Source: Meiothermus sp. (GTDB lineage: Bacteria; Deinococcota; Deinococci; Deinococcales; Thermaceae). Taken from it: DNA of 64,000 bases. The DNA is taken from NCBI GenBank assembly GCA_033762915.1, contig JANRLD010000047.1, positions 25,861-89,860 on the forward strand, given 5' to 3'. A program made the translations under genes and the position numbers. Shown here in pieces: positions 19,535-32,007 of this stretch (its first letter is position 1; the number at the start of each line of letters is the position of its first letter). The notes below the pieces were generated by a model. That model made no database searches, was not told where the DNA came from, and was given only the letters and a program-made list of their open reading frames with translations.

Positions 19535-20488
19535 ATGGCGGAACTGCACGTGATCTTCGGAACAGGCCCCTTGGGGCACTCGGTGGCAGAAGAGCTGACC
19601 CTGCGCAGGAAACGGGTGCGGATGGTGAACCGTTCGGGCAAAACCGAGCGGCTTCCGCATGCGGTTGAACTCATCACCGGGGATGCCTACTCCCTCGAGT
19701 TTACCCGCCGCATCACCCAAGGCGCAGCCGTGGTCTACCAGTGCGCTCAACCCGAGTACGACCGCTGGGCAGAGGAATTCCCGCCCCTGCAAGCCAGCAT
19801 CCTCGAGGGAGTTGCCGCCAACGGGGCCAAGCTGGTCATCGCCGACAACCTCTACATGTACGGCGACCCTAACGCTCAGACCATCCGCGAGGACTCCCCA
19901 CAAAACCCCACGACCAGGAAAGGCAAGGTCCGCAAGGCCATGGCCGACGCCGCCCTCGAGGCCCACCATCTGGGCAAGCTGCAAGTGGCCCTCTCAAGGC
20001 CCTCCAACTACTTCGGGGCCGGCTACGACGTGGCCGCAGATATGATCTTCAGGCCGGCCCTGGCGGGAAAACCCATGCAGTGGATCGGGCGACTCGACCA
20101 GCCCCATAGTTTTAGCTATATCCCCGATGCGGGTAAGGCCATGGCCGTTCTGGGAACCAGCGAACAGGCCTGGGGCCAGGTCTGGATTCCCCCCGTGCAG
20201 CCTGCGGTCACTCAGGCAGAGCTTGCCGCAGCCATCTGGAGGAGTGCCGGGCAGAGCGGCAGGCCAAAAATTCAGGTCATGAACCGGCTGATGGTCGGGC
20301 TGGCTGGGCTGTTCATCCCCGTCGTGCGCGAAACCTACGAGATGCTCTACGAGTTCGAAAAACCCTTTGTAGTCGATTCCTCTAAGTTCGAACGCACCTT
20401 CGGGATGACGGCCACCGCGTGGGAGGCGGCCCTCGAGCACACCCTGGCCCACTTCCGCGCCGGCACCCCGGTGCCGCAGGTCGCCTAA
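19535..20488 (+). CDS. NAD-dependent epimerase/dehydratase family protein
   Basis: VIFGTGPLG Rossmann motif, DNLYMYG; AGGAGG RBS. Confidence 0.88.
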   Translation: MAELHVIFGTGPLGHSVAEELTLRRKRVRMVNRSGKTERLPHAVELITGDAYSLEFTRRITQGAAVVYQCAQPEYDRWAEEFPPLQASILEGVAANGAKLVIADNLYMYGDPNAQTIREDSPQNPTTRKGKVRKAMADAALEAHHLGKLQVALSRPSNYFGAGYDVAADMIFRPALAGKPMQWIGRLDQPHSFSYIPDAGKAMAVLGTSEQAWGQVWIPPVQPAVTQAELAAAIWRSAGQSGRPKIQVMNRLMVGLAGLFIPVVRETYEMLYEFEKPFVVDSSKFERTFGMTATAWEAALEHTLAHFRAGTPVPQVA

Positions 20489-20499
20489 GGGGCTGGTGT

Positions 20500-21183
20500 A
20501 TGCGTCTACTTTCCGTTCTTTTCCTGACCGGCTTTGCACTCGCCCAAAGCATCGTCCCCCTCGAGCAGCTCTTGGAGAACGCCAAGTTCGAGGAAGCCTA
20601 CCTGGCAGCCAGCAAAGTGAGGAGCGCAGCGGCGCAGGCCGTTGCCTCGAGGGCGGCCAACTTCCAGGGTGACTTTTTTGCCAGACCGGCCGATAAGGCC
20701 GCCTGGTTCGCCCGCGCCGAAAACAGCGCCAAGGAGTCGATCCGGCTCGACCCGCAGTACGCCAGGGGTTATCTGTATCTGGCCCAGGCCCAGGGCCGCC
20801 TGAGCCAGCACCGGGGCATTCTGGAAAGCCTCAGCCTCGCCAACTCGATCCGGGACAACGCCCAAAAGGCCCTCGAGCTAGACCCCAGGCTCGACGAGGC
20901 CCGGCTGACGCTGGCCGTCTGGAATCAGGAACTGGCCTCCAGCGGCGTGGCCTGGCTGTACGGGGCCGGGGCCGATCAGGCCGTGCGCCTGATGGCAGAA
21001 ATCGTGGGGCGCGACCCCAGCAACCTGGTCTTCAGGCTCGAGTACGGCAACATCCTGCTGCGCCAAGACCGGAAGGCCGAAGCCCTGCGGCAGTGGCAAG
21101 CCGGGCTGGGCATCACCCCCCAAAACGCCCTCGAGGAGATCCTCATCCGCGAGATCCGGCAAGCCATCGCCAAGAACAACTAG
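20500..21183 (+). CDS. Exported TPR-repeat protein
   Basis: Signal peptide (FALA-Q), helical repeats ending in LDP. Confidence 0.75.
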   Translation: MRLLSVLFLTGFALAQSIVPLEQLLENAKFEEAYLAASKVRSAAAQAVASRAANFQGDFFARPADKAAWFARAENSAKESIRLDPQYARGYLYLAQAQGRLSQHRGILESLSLANSIRDNAQKALELDPRLDEARLTLAVWNQELASSGVAWLYGAGADQAVRLMAEIVGRDPSNLVFRLEYGNILLRQDRKAEALRQWQAGLGITPQNALEEILIREIRQAIAKNN

Positions 21184-21193
21184 TGGAGGGTAC

Positions 21194-21817
21194 ATGCGGA
21201 ACATTCTGATCATCAACGGCCACCCCCGTAGCGACAGCCTGAGCAGCGCTCTGGCCCAGGCCTACGCCGAAGGGGCGCGAACGAGCGCCGAGGTTCGCGT
21301 CATTGACGTGTCCAGGCTCGAGTTCGCCCTCAGCTACCCCACCCGCACCGCCTACGACAACAAGGTGGAAGGGCACCTCGAGCCTGACTTGCTCAAGGCC
21401 CAGGCCGACATCCGCTGGGCCGACCATCTGGTCTTTGTGTATCCGCAGTGGTGGGGCGGGGTTCCGGCGCTGCTCAAAGGCTTCATCGAGCGGGTTTTCC
21501 TGCCCGGCTTCGCCTTCAAGTACCGCAAAGGCTCGCCGCTGCAAGATCAGTTGCTCAAGGGCAAGACCGCCCGACTGCTGGTTACCATGGACGCGCCGGG
21601 CTGGTACAACCGCCTGGTGTACCGCAACGCCGTGCACAACGCCATGCTCTACCCCACCCTGCAGTTCTGCGGCATCAGGCCGGTGCGCATCAGCGAATAC
21701 ACCGTGGTGCGCAGCGCATCGCCCCAGACCATACAGAGGTGGCTCGAGCAGACCCGCCGCCTGGGCCAGCAGGAAGCCGGGCCGGGCCGTCAGGCGGCAG
21801 CCCGGAGGAGCGCATGA
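21194..21817 (+). CDS. NAD(P)H-dependent oxidoreductase (flavodoxin-like quinone reductase)
   Basis: INGHPRSDS, ADHLVFVYPQWWGGVPALLKGFIERV. Confidence 0.9.
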   Translation: MRNILIINGHPRSDSLSSALAQAYAEGARTSAEVRVIDVSRLEFALSYPTRTAYDNKVEGHLEPDLLKAQADIRWADHLVFVYPQWWGGVPALLKGFIERVFLPGFAFKYRKGSPLQDQLLKGKTARLLVTMDAPGWYNRLVYRNAVHNAMLYPTLQFCGIRPVRISEYTVVRSASPQTIQRWLEQTRRLGQQEAGPGRQAAARRSA

Positions 21818-21978
21818 GCGACCAAAAACTCCACGCCACAGTGTGGGAGCTGGCTGGCTTGTTTCAGACTGGGGTCAAGGTGTTCGCCACGCCCAAGCTT
21901 CCGGGATTGACGGCCCTGGGGCCAGGCTCTGACCACCCACGGCATATCGGTGTAAGGGTTCAGGGAATAGAGCTGTAA
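21814..21978 (+). pseudogene. Small translationally coupled ORF (54 aa), possibly a degenerate DoxX-like remnant
   Basis: ATGA overlap with the upstream stop; MSDQKLHATVWELAGLFQTGVKVF loosely resembles DoxX N-termini. Confidence 0.3.
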
Positions 21979-22019
21979 CGAGCAATTCGAGACGAATGAA
22001 GGTCTTTAGGGAGGTACCC

Positions 22020-22541
22020 ATGATTCAGAAGGGAAGGTTTACAGCCAAACACGACGGTTCGGTGGTGGTTTTCATGATCGGTATGAGGGTTAACAACTGG
22101 CTCAAGGTTCGGGAATGGTGGCCGGTAGCGACAGCGATGGGGCCGATGATCGCCTACTTGTTCAAGAACCCCCAGAGCGGGTTCTTGGGGGGCTGGGGGC
22201 CGATGTTTAGCCCGAACCTTCGCGAGATCACCCTGGTGCAATACTGGCGCTCTGCCGAAGACCTCGAGCGCTTTGCCCGCCAAGACCCCAACATACACCC
22301 CGAGGCCTGGAAAAACTTCTTCAGGCAATCCTATAAGGGCGGGGCCGTGGGCATCTGGCACGAGACCTTTAAGGTCGAAGCCGGGGCTTTCGAGAACGTC
22401 TACGGCAACATGCCCAAGTTTGGGCTGGCGGCCGCGACCGATTCGGTTGCGGTGAAGGGGAAGCTCGAGACCATGCGCGGCCGGCTCAACCAAGAAGCGC
22501 CGAATCCGCAGCCTCCGCTGTCGCCGCAGGCGCCGCTGTGA
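22020..22541 (+). CDS. DUF4188 family protein
   Basis: VVFMIGMRVN, VQYWRS, H..AW, VGIWHET, YGNMP.FGL; GGAGGT RBS. Confidence 0.85.
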   Translation: MIQKGRFTAKHDGSVVVFMIGMRVNNWLKVREWWPVATAMGPMIAYLFKNPQSGFLGGWGPMFSPNLREITLVQYWRSAEDLERFARQDPNIHPEAWKNFFRQSYKGGAVGIWHETFKVEAGAFENVYGNMPKFGLAAATDSVAVKGKLETMRGRLNQEAPNPQPPLSPQAPL

Positions 22542-23026
22542 GTCCGTCGGCGGTCGCCCGCTCCGGGGCCATGTGCTGCGGCCCCGACTGCCCCCGCACC
22601 ATATAAGCGTGCGCCGGAGCAACTGAGTTTCGCCCGCGCAAGCCCCAACCCCGTCTTGGGCGGGTTTGCGTCCAACGCCCCCTCACCTATGCCGGCAGTC
22701 ACGCGCTGGCGGAGATGCCGGGCCTCGAGAGGGCCCGGCGGCACTTTGAGCAGCTACTCGTCGCGTTTCCCCGGACTAACCCTACGGCCCACCTCGATCT
22801 AGGTTTGGGGCTGGCCCTGGAATACACTGGTGGTGACCCAGTTTGAGGTGTCCGCCCGGCTCCCCGAGCTGGCTTACCGCAACGCGGGGGTCCAGATCGT
22901 AGGGCTGCGCTGGGGCCAGACCCTCGAAGACCGCCCGCTCTAAGACACCGCCTTGCTGCAAGAGGCCCTGAATCATGGTGGCTCGAGGTCTCGAGGAAGC
23001 CAAGGCCGGCCCTCTGAGGTAACCCT

Positions 23027-23761
23027 TTGCAAACACTTTCCCCCTCCCTCTACCGCCTCGACCTCGGGGTGGCCAACGTCTACCTGATCCGCAGCAAGAG
23101 CGCGGCCGTGCTGGTGGACGCGGGCGTTCGGCGCTCGCCGCCCCAGATCGAGCGCGGCCTTAAGCGCCTCGGTCTGGGCTGGACCGATCTCACCCACATC
23201 TTCATCACCCACGCCCACCCCGACCACGTGGGCAACTTTGCCGAGATTGCCCGGCTTTCGGGGGCCGAAGTGTGGGCACACCGCCTCGAGCTGCCCGTGC
23301 TGCGTGGCGAGCGGCCAGTGGCGATGGCGAACCCGGCCGGGCTGCGCGCGGTGGACCGCCTCCTGGGAAGCGGCATCCGGACGCTGATGCCCGGCACCCA
23401 GGCCACCGGCAAGGCCGAGCGGGCGCTCGAAGCCGACGCCCACCTCTCGCACATCCTGCCCGGCCTGCGCACCGTCCACCTGCCGGGCCACTCGCCGGGC
23501 CAGCTCGGCTTCTACCATCAGGCCGAGGGCTGGCTGGTCGGCGGGGACGTGATGATGAACCTGTTCGGTCTGACCTTCCCGATGGCCGCCTTTACCCCCG
23601 ATGTACCCGCCGCCTGGCGCAGCATCCTCACCGTGGCCCGAATACAGCCCAAGATTCTGGCCCTCGGGCACGGTGCCCCCCACCGCAACCCCGACGAAGC
23701 CCTGCGCCATATGGCGGCCAGGGCCAAGAAGGCGCTCGAGCGCCCTCGGGGCAAGCGCTGA
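23027..23761 (+). CDS. MBL-fold metallo-hydrolase
   Basis: THAHPDH, GHSPG, GD, GHG. Confidence 0.9.
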   Translation: MQTLSPSLYRLDLGVANVYLIRSKSAAVLVDAGVRRSPPQIERGLKRLGLGWTDLTHIFITHAHPDHVGNFAEIARLSGAEVWAHRLELPVLRGERPVAMANPAGLRAVDRLLGSGIRTLMPGTQATGKAERALEADAHLSHILPGLRTVHLPGHSPGQLGFYHQAEGWLVGGDVMMNLFGLTFPMAAFTPDVPAAWRSILTVARIQPKILALGHGAPHRNPDEALRHMAARAKKALERPRGKR

Positions 23762-23830
23762 GCAGGGCTTTGGAGTGCCAACACCCTGCCCTGCCTACCG
23801 CCTCTCCCCTTTGACCTTTTTCCCCTTCCG

Positions 23831-24547
23831 TCAAGAGACCTTATCTCCCGCCGTCTCCCAGACCTTCTTCTCGGCCTCGGCGTTGCGGCGGTGCAGCTCG
23901 AGGATCTCCTGGTTGCCTTTGATCTTGCGCTCCTCGATGGCCTTGGCGGTAGCGGTCTCGAGGTAGCTGAGGCGTTTTAGCTCGAGGGCCGTGAGGCCAT
24001 CGCGGGTAGACTTGACCCCGCGCTGGCGGCGCAGCTCGACGGAGTTCATCTTGAGCACGCTCTGGTTGGACAGCGAGCCGAGCTGGCCGTAGACCGGCCC
24101 CTGGCCGCCGTGCTTGGCAACCACCGACATCAGGTTTTTGCGGGCCTCGATGCTCTCGAGCCGGGCCGCCAGCCAGCGGCGGGTCTGGGGCTCGGGGTTG
24201 CGCTCGGCGATCTCGGCGGCGAGCTGGATGTCGCCCTCGAAGTAGCGCCCCAGCATCTCCTGGGCACGCCTGCGCCACTGCCTGGCCTCGGGCGTCTCGA
24301 GCGCGAAGGCCAGCAGCGCGATCTGCTGCCCGCGCACGGTGGGCTCCGGCCCCCCGCCGAAGTCGTAGCGGGTAACCTCGAGGTTCTGCGCCGTCAGCAC
24401 CGACTCCACCGCAGCCATATCCTCGAGCCCCAGCGCCTTGAGCACGTCCAGCAGGCTGAACCGCCCATCCTTACTGACCCGCACCTGGGCGCGGGCAAAG
24501 CGGGCAGTGGTGTACCGAATCAGTTTAGGGGCTTGCATCAACTTCAT
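23831..24547 (-). CDS. ddrC: DNA damage response protein DdrC homolog
   Basis: Long blocks that match Deinococcus DdrC as I recall it: DFG.GPE, LAFAL.TPEAR.W, IAERNPEP..RRWLAARLES, VA.HGG.G.VYGQLGS.SN, RGVK.TRDGLT. Confidence 0.88.
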   Translation of the reverse strand: MKLMQAPKLIRYTTARFARAQVRVSKDGRFSLLDVLKALGLEDMAAVESVLTAQNLEVTRYDFGGGPEPTVRGQQIALLAFALETPEARQWRRRAQEMLGRYFEGDIQLAAEIAERNPEPQTRRWLAARLESIEARKNLMSVVAKHGGQGPVYGQLGSLSNQSVLKMNSVELRRQRGVKSTRDGLTALELKRLSYLETATAKAIEERKIKGNQEILELHRRNAEAEKKVWETAGDKVS

Positions 24548-24566
24548 AGTAAAAGCTTAACATAAA

Positions 24567-24583
24567 TTATGTTTTTAGCATAA
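24567..24583 (-). promoter_or_regulatory. RDRM-like (DdrO-type) operator in the ddrC promoter
   Basis: TTATGCTAAAAACATAA on the minus strand, between TTGATT and TATGTT/TAAGCT; an adjacent half-site TTATGTT. Confidence 0.8.
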
Positions 24584-24707
24584 TCAAAGCGATCGAGGAT
24601 TTAGCCCACCATCATCGGCAATTTGACAACTTTAAGGTGGGTTTTCGCAGCCTGAACAGTCAATTTCCAGTGGCGAGCGATGAGCAATAAGATGTGCAGT
24701 TTCTTGG

Positions 24708-24737
24708 CTCGAGACGGGGTTTTTGGTTTGACTCGAG
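24708..24737. repeat. Direct repeat, left copy, flanking the nucleotidyltransferase cassette
   Basis: CTCGAGACGGGGTTTTTGGTTTGACTCGAG; 28/30 identical to 25371-25400, last 23 bp identical. Confidence 0.9.
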
Positions 24738-24739
24738 TT

Positions 24740-25198
24740 TCAGTCCAATTTGTCTGACTTGCGCAGGTTCTCGAGGTCGAGCAAATCTTGCGGGCGACCA
24801 GCAGCTTCCTTGGCCTTGATTAGGTCGGGTTTGGAAATAAAGTGCATCTCTACACCGCCAACCTCGAGGGTTTCCTTTCGCTCCCACGCCTCTGTAAAGC
24901 TAACTCCAGGAACAGACATCAGCACATCTACCCGCAACGGCGGCCTGCCCATCTGATAAAAGTACCCTTCGGCAGCAAAATCTGAGGCTGCGAGCCCAGT
25001 CATCGGCGCTCCAAACTCCTTTAGAGCGTTATACACCGCCTCTGGATTGTCCTCGCCTACTGCCACCAACAAATCCAAGTCTTTGGTGAAGCGCGGCTCG
25101 GTGTAGCGCATCACTGCGTAACCACCGACAATCAGATAGCGAACCCTATGCTTTTTGAAAAGACTCAACAGTTCTTTGAAGTCGGGGCTGGTCAGCAT
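24740..25198 (-). CDS. Nucleotidyltransferase-like protein (DUF6036-like)
   Basis: IVGGYAV...PRFTKDLD motif, K..AGRPQD..D; lower GC than flanking genes. Confidence 0.85.
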   Translation of the reverse strand: MLTSPDFKELLSLFKKHRVRYLIVGGYAVMRYTEPRFTKDLDLLVAVGEDNPEAVYNALKEFGAPMTGLAASDFAAEGYFYQMGRPPLRVDVLMSVPGVSFTEAWERKETLEVGGVEMHFISKPDLIKAKEAAGRPQDLLDLENLRKSDKLD

Positions 25199-25337
25199 AG
25201 CCTTCCCTTAGCAACAAATAGTCTTTAACCATTTCAAAAGCCGCATCGAAAATGGCCTCGACTGGCTGACTCTGCCAGAAGCGCAAGTCGAAGTTGTTAT
25301 CTTCCCCCAGCTTGCCGTAATTCTCGCGCACCAGCAT
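25146..25337 (-). CDS. Small partner protein (63 aa) of the nucleotidyltransferase
   Basis: TACAAT 6 nt before the ATG; D..FWQSQ..E and RLQR motifs; overlaps the nucleotidyltransferase start. Confidence 0.7.
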   Translation of the reverse strand: MLVRENYGKLGEDNNFDLRFWQSQPVEAIFDAAFEMVKDYLLLREGYADQPRLQRTVESFQKA

Positions 25338-25370
25338 AGCTCTATTGTACTCGAGCCCTGGCTTTAGGGC

Positions 25371-25400
25371 CTCAAGGCGGGGTTTTTGGTTTGACTCGAG
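25371..25400. repeat. Direct repeat, right copy
   Basis: CTCAAGGCGGGGTTTTTGGTTTGACTCGAG. Confidence 0.9.
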
Positions 25401-25534
25401 GGCATCTGCACACACTTTAACCGTTGACTCACTGACGAAATCAAGTACCCACCACCGGTTGCATTGCAGTTTGGACAGTCAATGCTGTACCAATCAAACA
25501 CAGCTTATTCCACAAGATACTTGAGTATTCGTGA

Positions 25535-25571
25535 CTCGACCCTGGACTTTCGACCTTTGACCCTCGACCCC
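25535..25571. repeat. Heptamer tandem repeat ((C/T)TCGACC-like, about 5 units)
   Basis: ctcgacc ctggact ttcgacc tttgacc ctcgacc. Confidence 0.7.
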
Positions 25572-25579
25572 TGTTTATA

Positions 25580-25618
25580 CTTGCATGAAAATACATCCAC
25601 TATAGCCATTCATGCAAA
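25580..25618 (+). promoter_or_regulatory. Putative tandem ARG boxes upstream of carB
   Basis: cTTGCATGAAAATACATc and tatagccaTTCATGCAAa at 21-bp period; extended -10 TGtTATGCT downstream. Confidence 0.55.
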
Positions 25619-25642
25619 AGGGTGTTATGCTTTTCGCTTGGA

Positions 25643-28720
<3,078 letters not shown>

Positions 28721-28949
28721 TCGAGCGCTCGTGCGCCGCATGGGCGGGTGGGTCGTGGGAACGCCCTAGCGGTTTGACCGCTCGAGGGCGGCAGGACCTG
28801 GGTCTGTTTGGACGCAGCGTATCCCCGGAAAGTCCCCCAGCTTGTTCTTCAGGGCTGAGCCGTAAACTTTCAGCCCCCGACGTACGCATTCCTCATCTAA
28901 CTGCCATATGCTGCCTTGGGCAGCAATGGATTATGCCGGGTTTGCGAGT

Positions 28950-31244
28950 ATGAGCGACGCCAAGACACGAAACCACATGAGACCCGGCCTGGGTCAGGGG
29001 CGCAGGCGCGAAGGCTCGAGCGAGCCCCGCGCCCCCTCCGGCCTTGGCCTCGAGCTGAACTACGACAGCCTAGAGTGGCGCACCTTCCCGAGCGAGCCGG
29101 ACGCGCCGGCCGAGTTCCCGCCGCCGCCGCCCTTCTTCGGGCAGGAGCGGGCCAAGGCGGCCCTCGAGCTGGCCCTCAAGGGGGGCTTCCATGCCTACCT
29201 GGTTGGCCCCTCGAGCCTGGGCAAGCACGAGGCCCTGCTGCGCTACTTGCAGAGCCAGCGGGTCGAGACCCCGCCCGACCTGCTCTATGTGCCGCTCTCT
29301 GAGCGCCGGGCCGCCGTGCTGACCCTGCCCAGCGGGCGCGAGACCCAGTTGGCCGAGGCCGCCGAGGGGCTACTGGGGGAGGTCGGGCGGCTGGACGCGC
29401 TGTTCCGTCAGGGGACGTTTCTGCTGGAGAAGTCGCGCCTCGAGGCCGAGTTCAAGGCCCAGCAGGAGGCCGCGCTGGAGCAGCTGGCCGCCGAGGCCCA
29501 GGCGGCGGGCTTTGCGCTCTCGCCGGGGGCCGACCGGCTGGGCTTCTCCGGCGACGGCGACGTGCCCGCCGAGCTGGCGGCGCGCCTCGAGGAGGTCACC
29601 CTGTCCAACCTGGCCGCCGCCGCCGGCCAAGAGCAGGCCCAGCGCAAGCTGCGGCGCGACTGGGCGACCCACTACCTGAACACCCGCGTCGAGCCGTTGT
29701 TCGCCCGCTTCCCCCAGGCCCGGCCCTACCTCGAGGCCCTGCGTGCCCGCCTGGTGCGCTACGCCGAGTCTGGGGAGGCCCTCGACCCCGTGCGCTGGCG
29801 GCCCAACCTGCTCACCTCGAGCAGCGACGGCAGCCCGCCGCCGGTGGTCTACGAACCCTACGCCACCGCCCCACGCCTCTTCGGGCGGCTCGACTACACC
29901 GTGGAGAGCGGCGTCTGGACGACCCACGTCGGCCTGATCCGGCCCGGCGCGGTGCACCGGGCGCAGGGCGGCTTCCTGATCCTCGACGCCGCAAGCCTCA
30001 AGCGCGAGGGCACCTGGGAAGCCTTTAAGCGGGCGCTCCGCAACGGGCAGGTCGAGCCGGTGACGGATGCCCAGGCCCCGGCCAGCCTCGAGGTCGAGCC
30101 CTTCCCGGTGCAGATGCAGGTGCTGCTGGTGGGCACCCACGAGGCCTTCGACGCCCTGAACGAAGACCCTGCCTTTGCCGAGCTGTTTCGGATTCGCCTC
30201 GAGTTCTCCCCCACCCTGGCCGCCACCCCGGAGAACCTGGGTGCGCTGGGTGGCTGGCTGGGGGAGCAGGGCTTCGCCATGACCCATGGCGGGCTGGCCC
30301 GGCTTTTCGACGAGGCGCGGCGCTCGGTCGAGCAGACCGACCGGATGGACGCCCGGCTGATCGAGATCCGCGCCCTGGCCGAGGAGGCCGCCGTGCTGGG
30401 CGACGGCACCCTCAGCACCGGAGCCGTCGAGGCGGCAGTAGCGGCCAGGGACCACCGCGAGTTTTATAGCGAGGAGGAGTTCTTGCGGGCGGTGCAGGAC
30501 GGGCTGTGGCAGCTCGAGGTGAGCGGCACCAAGGTGGGCGAGATCAACAGCCTGATCGTGCTGGAAATCTACCCCTACTGGGGCCGCCCGGCCCGCCTGA
30601 CCGCCAGGGCCGCCCCGGGGCGCGACCACCTAATTTCGATAGACCGCGAGGCCGGGCTGGGCGGGCAGATCTTCCACAAGGCGGTGCTGACTCTGGGGGG
30701 CTACCTCCGCAGCCGCTACAGCCGCCTCGGCCCCCTGCCGGCCACGGTCAGCCTGGCCTTTGAGCAGAGCTACGTCCCCATAGACGGCGACTCGGCGGGC
30801 CTGGCCGAGCTGGTCACGGCCCTCTCGGCCATCGGGAACCTCCCCTTGCGTCAGGACCTGGCCCTCACCGGGGCAGTGGATCAGACCGGAAAAGTGCTCT
30901 CGGTGGGCGGCCTGGCCCCCAAGATCGAGGGCTTCTTCCGGGTCTGCAAGGCCCTGGGCCTGACCGGCACCCAGGGCGTGATCCTGCCCAGGGCCAACCT
31001 GTCCAACCTTACGCTCGACGGCGAGGTGCTGGCGGCTGTCAAGTCCGGCCAATTCCACCTCTACGCTGTCGAGCACGCCGAGCAGGCCCTGGAGCTGCTG
31101 GCCGGGGCCCGCATGGAAGGCTTCCGCGGCCTCAACGAGCGCATCGAGGCCGGGCTCGAGGAGCTGGAGCAACTCGAGAACGGGGACGAAGAGGGCGGAG
31201 ACGGGGAGCGGGGGGGCTGGGGAGCGGGGGAGAAAAAACGCTGA
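28950..31244 (+). CDS. lonC: LonC-type Lon-like serine protease
   Basis: FFGQERA, degenerate Walker A (GPSSLGKH), GDSA catalytic Ser, downstream K in KIEGFF; resembles Meiothermus LonC; start uncertain. Confidence 0.88.
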   Translation: MSDAKTRNHMRPGLGQGRRREGSSEPRAPSGLGLELNYDSLEWRTFPSEPDAPAEFPPPPPFFGQERAKAALELALKGGFHAYLVGPSSLGKHEALLRYLQSQRVETPPDLLYVPLSERRAAVLTLPSGRETQLAEAAEGLLGEVGRLDALFRQGTFLLEKSRLEAEFKAQQEAALEQLAAEAQAAGFALSPGADRLGFSGDGDVPAELAARLEEVTLSNLAAAAGQEQAQRKLRRDWATHYLNTRVEPLFARFPQARPYLEALRARLVRYAESGEALDPVRWRPNLLTSSSDGSPPPVVYEPYATAPRLFGRLDYTVESGVWTTHVGLIRPGAVHRAQGGFLILDAASLKREGTWEAFKRALRNGQVEPVTDAQAPASLEVEPFPVQMQVLLVGTHEAFDALNEDPAFAELFRIRLEFSPTLAATPENLGALGGWLGEQGFAMTHGGLARLFDEARRSVEQTDRMDARLIEIRALAEEAAVLGDGTLSTGAVEAAVAARDHREFYSEEEFLRAVQDGLWQLEVSGTKVGEINSLIVLEIYPYWGRPARLTARAAPGRDHLISIDREAGLGGQIFHKAVLTLGGYLRSRYSRLGPLPATVSLAFEQSYVPIDGDSAGLAELVTALSAIGNLPLRQDLALTGAVDQTGKVLSVGGLAPKIEGFFRVCKALGLTGTQGVILPRANLSNLTLDGEVLAAVKSGQFHLYAVEHAEQALELLAGARMEGFRGLNERIEAGLEELEQLENGDEEGGDGERGGWGAGEKKR

Positions 31245-31328
31245 GCCAGCGCTCAGCAGATAGCTGTTGGCGACTGGCTCTTGTCCACCAATGTTCACTT
31301 TTTGCCGGTTCCCTCTTCCCTATTGCCT

Positions 31329-31955
31329 ATGTCCAAACCCAAACAAAAACACTACGTAGTCTGGAAGGGCCGAAAGACCGGCGTGTTCTCCTCCTGGGCC
31401 GAAGCCGAGGCGCAGGTCAAGGGGTTCACCGGAGCTGAGTTTAAGTCGTTCGAAAGCCTGGCCGAGGCCCACAGAGCCTATGCGGGCCGGTACGAGGACT
31501 ATAAGGCCAAGCCCGCCGCCGCGCAGGGCCGCCTGATGGGCGCTCCGCCCGCTGTCGTTCCCAGTTGGACGGTGGACGCCGCCTGCGGGGGGAATCCGGG
31601 GCTCCTGGAGTACCGCTGTGTGGACACCGCGACCGGCGAGGAGCTTTTCCACCGGGGGCCGTTTCCGCAGGGCACCAACAACGTTGGGGAGTTCCTGGCC
31701 ATCGTGGAGGCGCTGATGCGGGCCAAGCGCGAGGGCGTGACCTGGCCGATCTACTCCGACTCGGTGAACGCCCTGAACTGGGTGGCGACCAAGAAAGCCC
31801 GCACCAACCTGGCCCAGACCGAGGCCAACGCCGAACTCTTCGAGCGCATGGCCAGGGCCGAAGCCTGGCTGCGGGAGAACCCCTACCCTAACCGCCTGCT
31901 CAAGTGGCAGACCGATAGCTGGGGCGAGAACCCAGCGGACTTCGGGCGAAAGTAG
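31329..31955 (+). CDS. rnhA: Ribonuclease HI with N-terminal hybrid-binding (viroplasmin-like) domain
   Basis: YVVWKGRKTGVFSSW; VDAACGGNPG, TNNVGEFLAIV, YSDS, WGENPADFGRK. Confidence 0.93.
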   Translation: MSKPKQKHYVVWKGRKTGVFSSWAEAEAQVKGFTGAEFKSFESLAEAHRAYAGRYEDYKAKPAAAQGRLMGAPPAVVPSWTVDAACGGNPGLLEYRCVDTATGEELFHRGPFPQGTNNVGEFLAIVEALMRAKREGVTWPIYSDSVNALNWVATKKARTNLAQTEANAELFERMARAEAWLRENPYPNRLLKWQTDSWGENPADFGRK

Positions 31956-32007
31956 CTACCTCCCCCGGTGTACCGGGCGGCCCAGCTGCGCAGCGGTCTG
32001 CGTGTCT

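Noticed and set aside
22782..23036. 84-aa minus-strand ORF
   Set aside because: No recognisable motif or translation signals; possibly a decayed fragment
25625..25641. TTATGCTTTTCGCTTGG as a third RDRM
   Set aside because: Only the left half matches, and it is better explained as an extended -10 element
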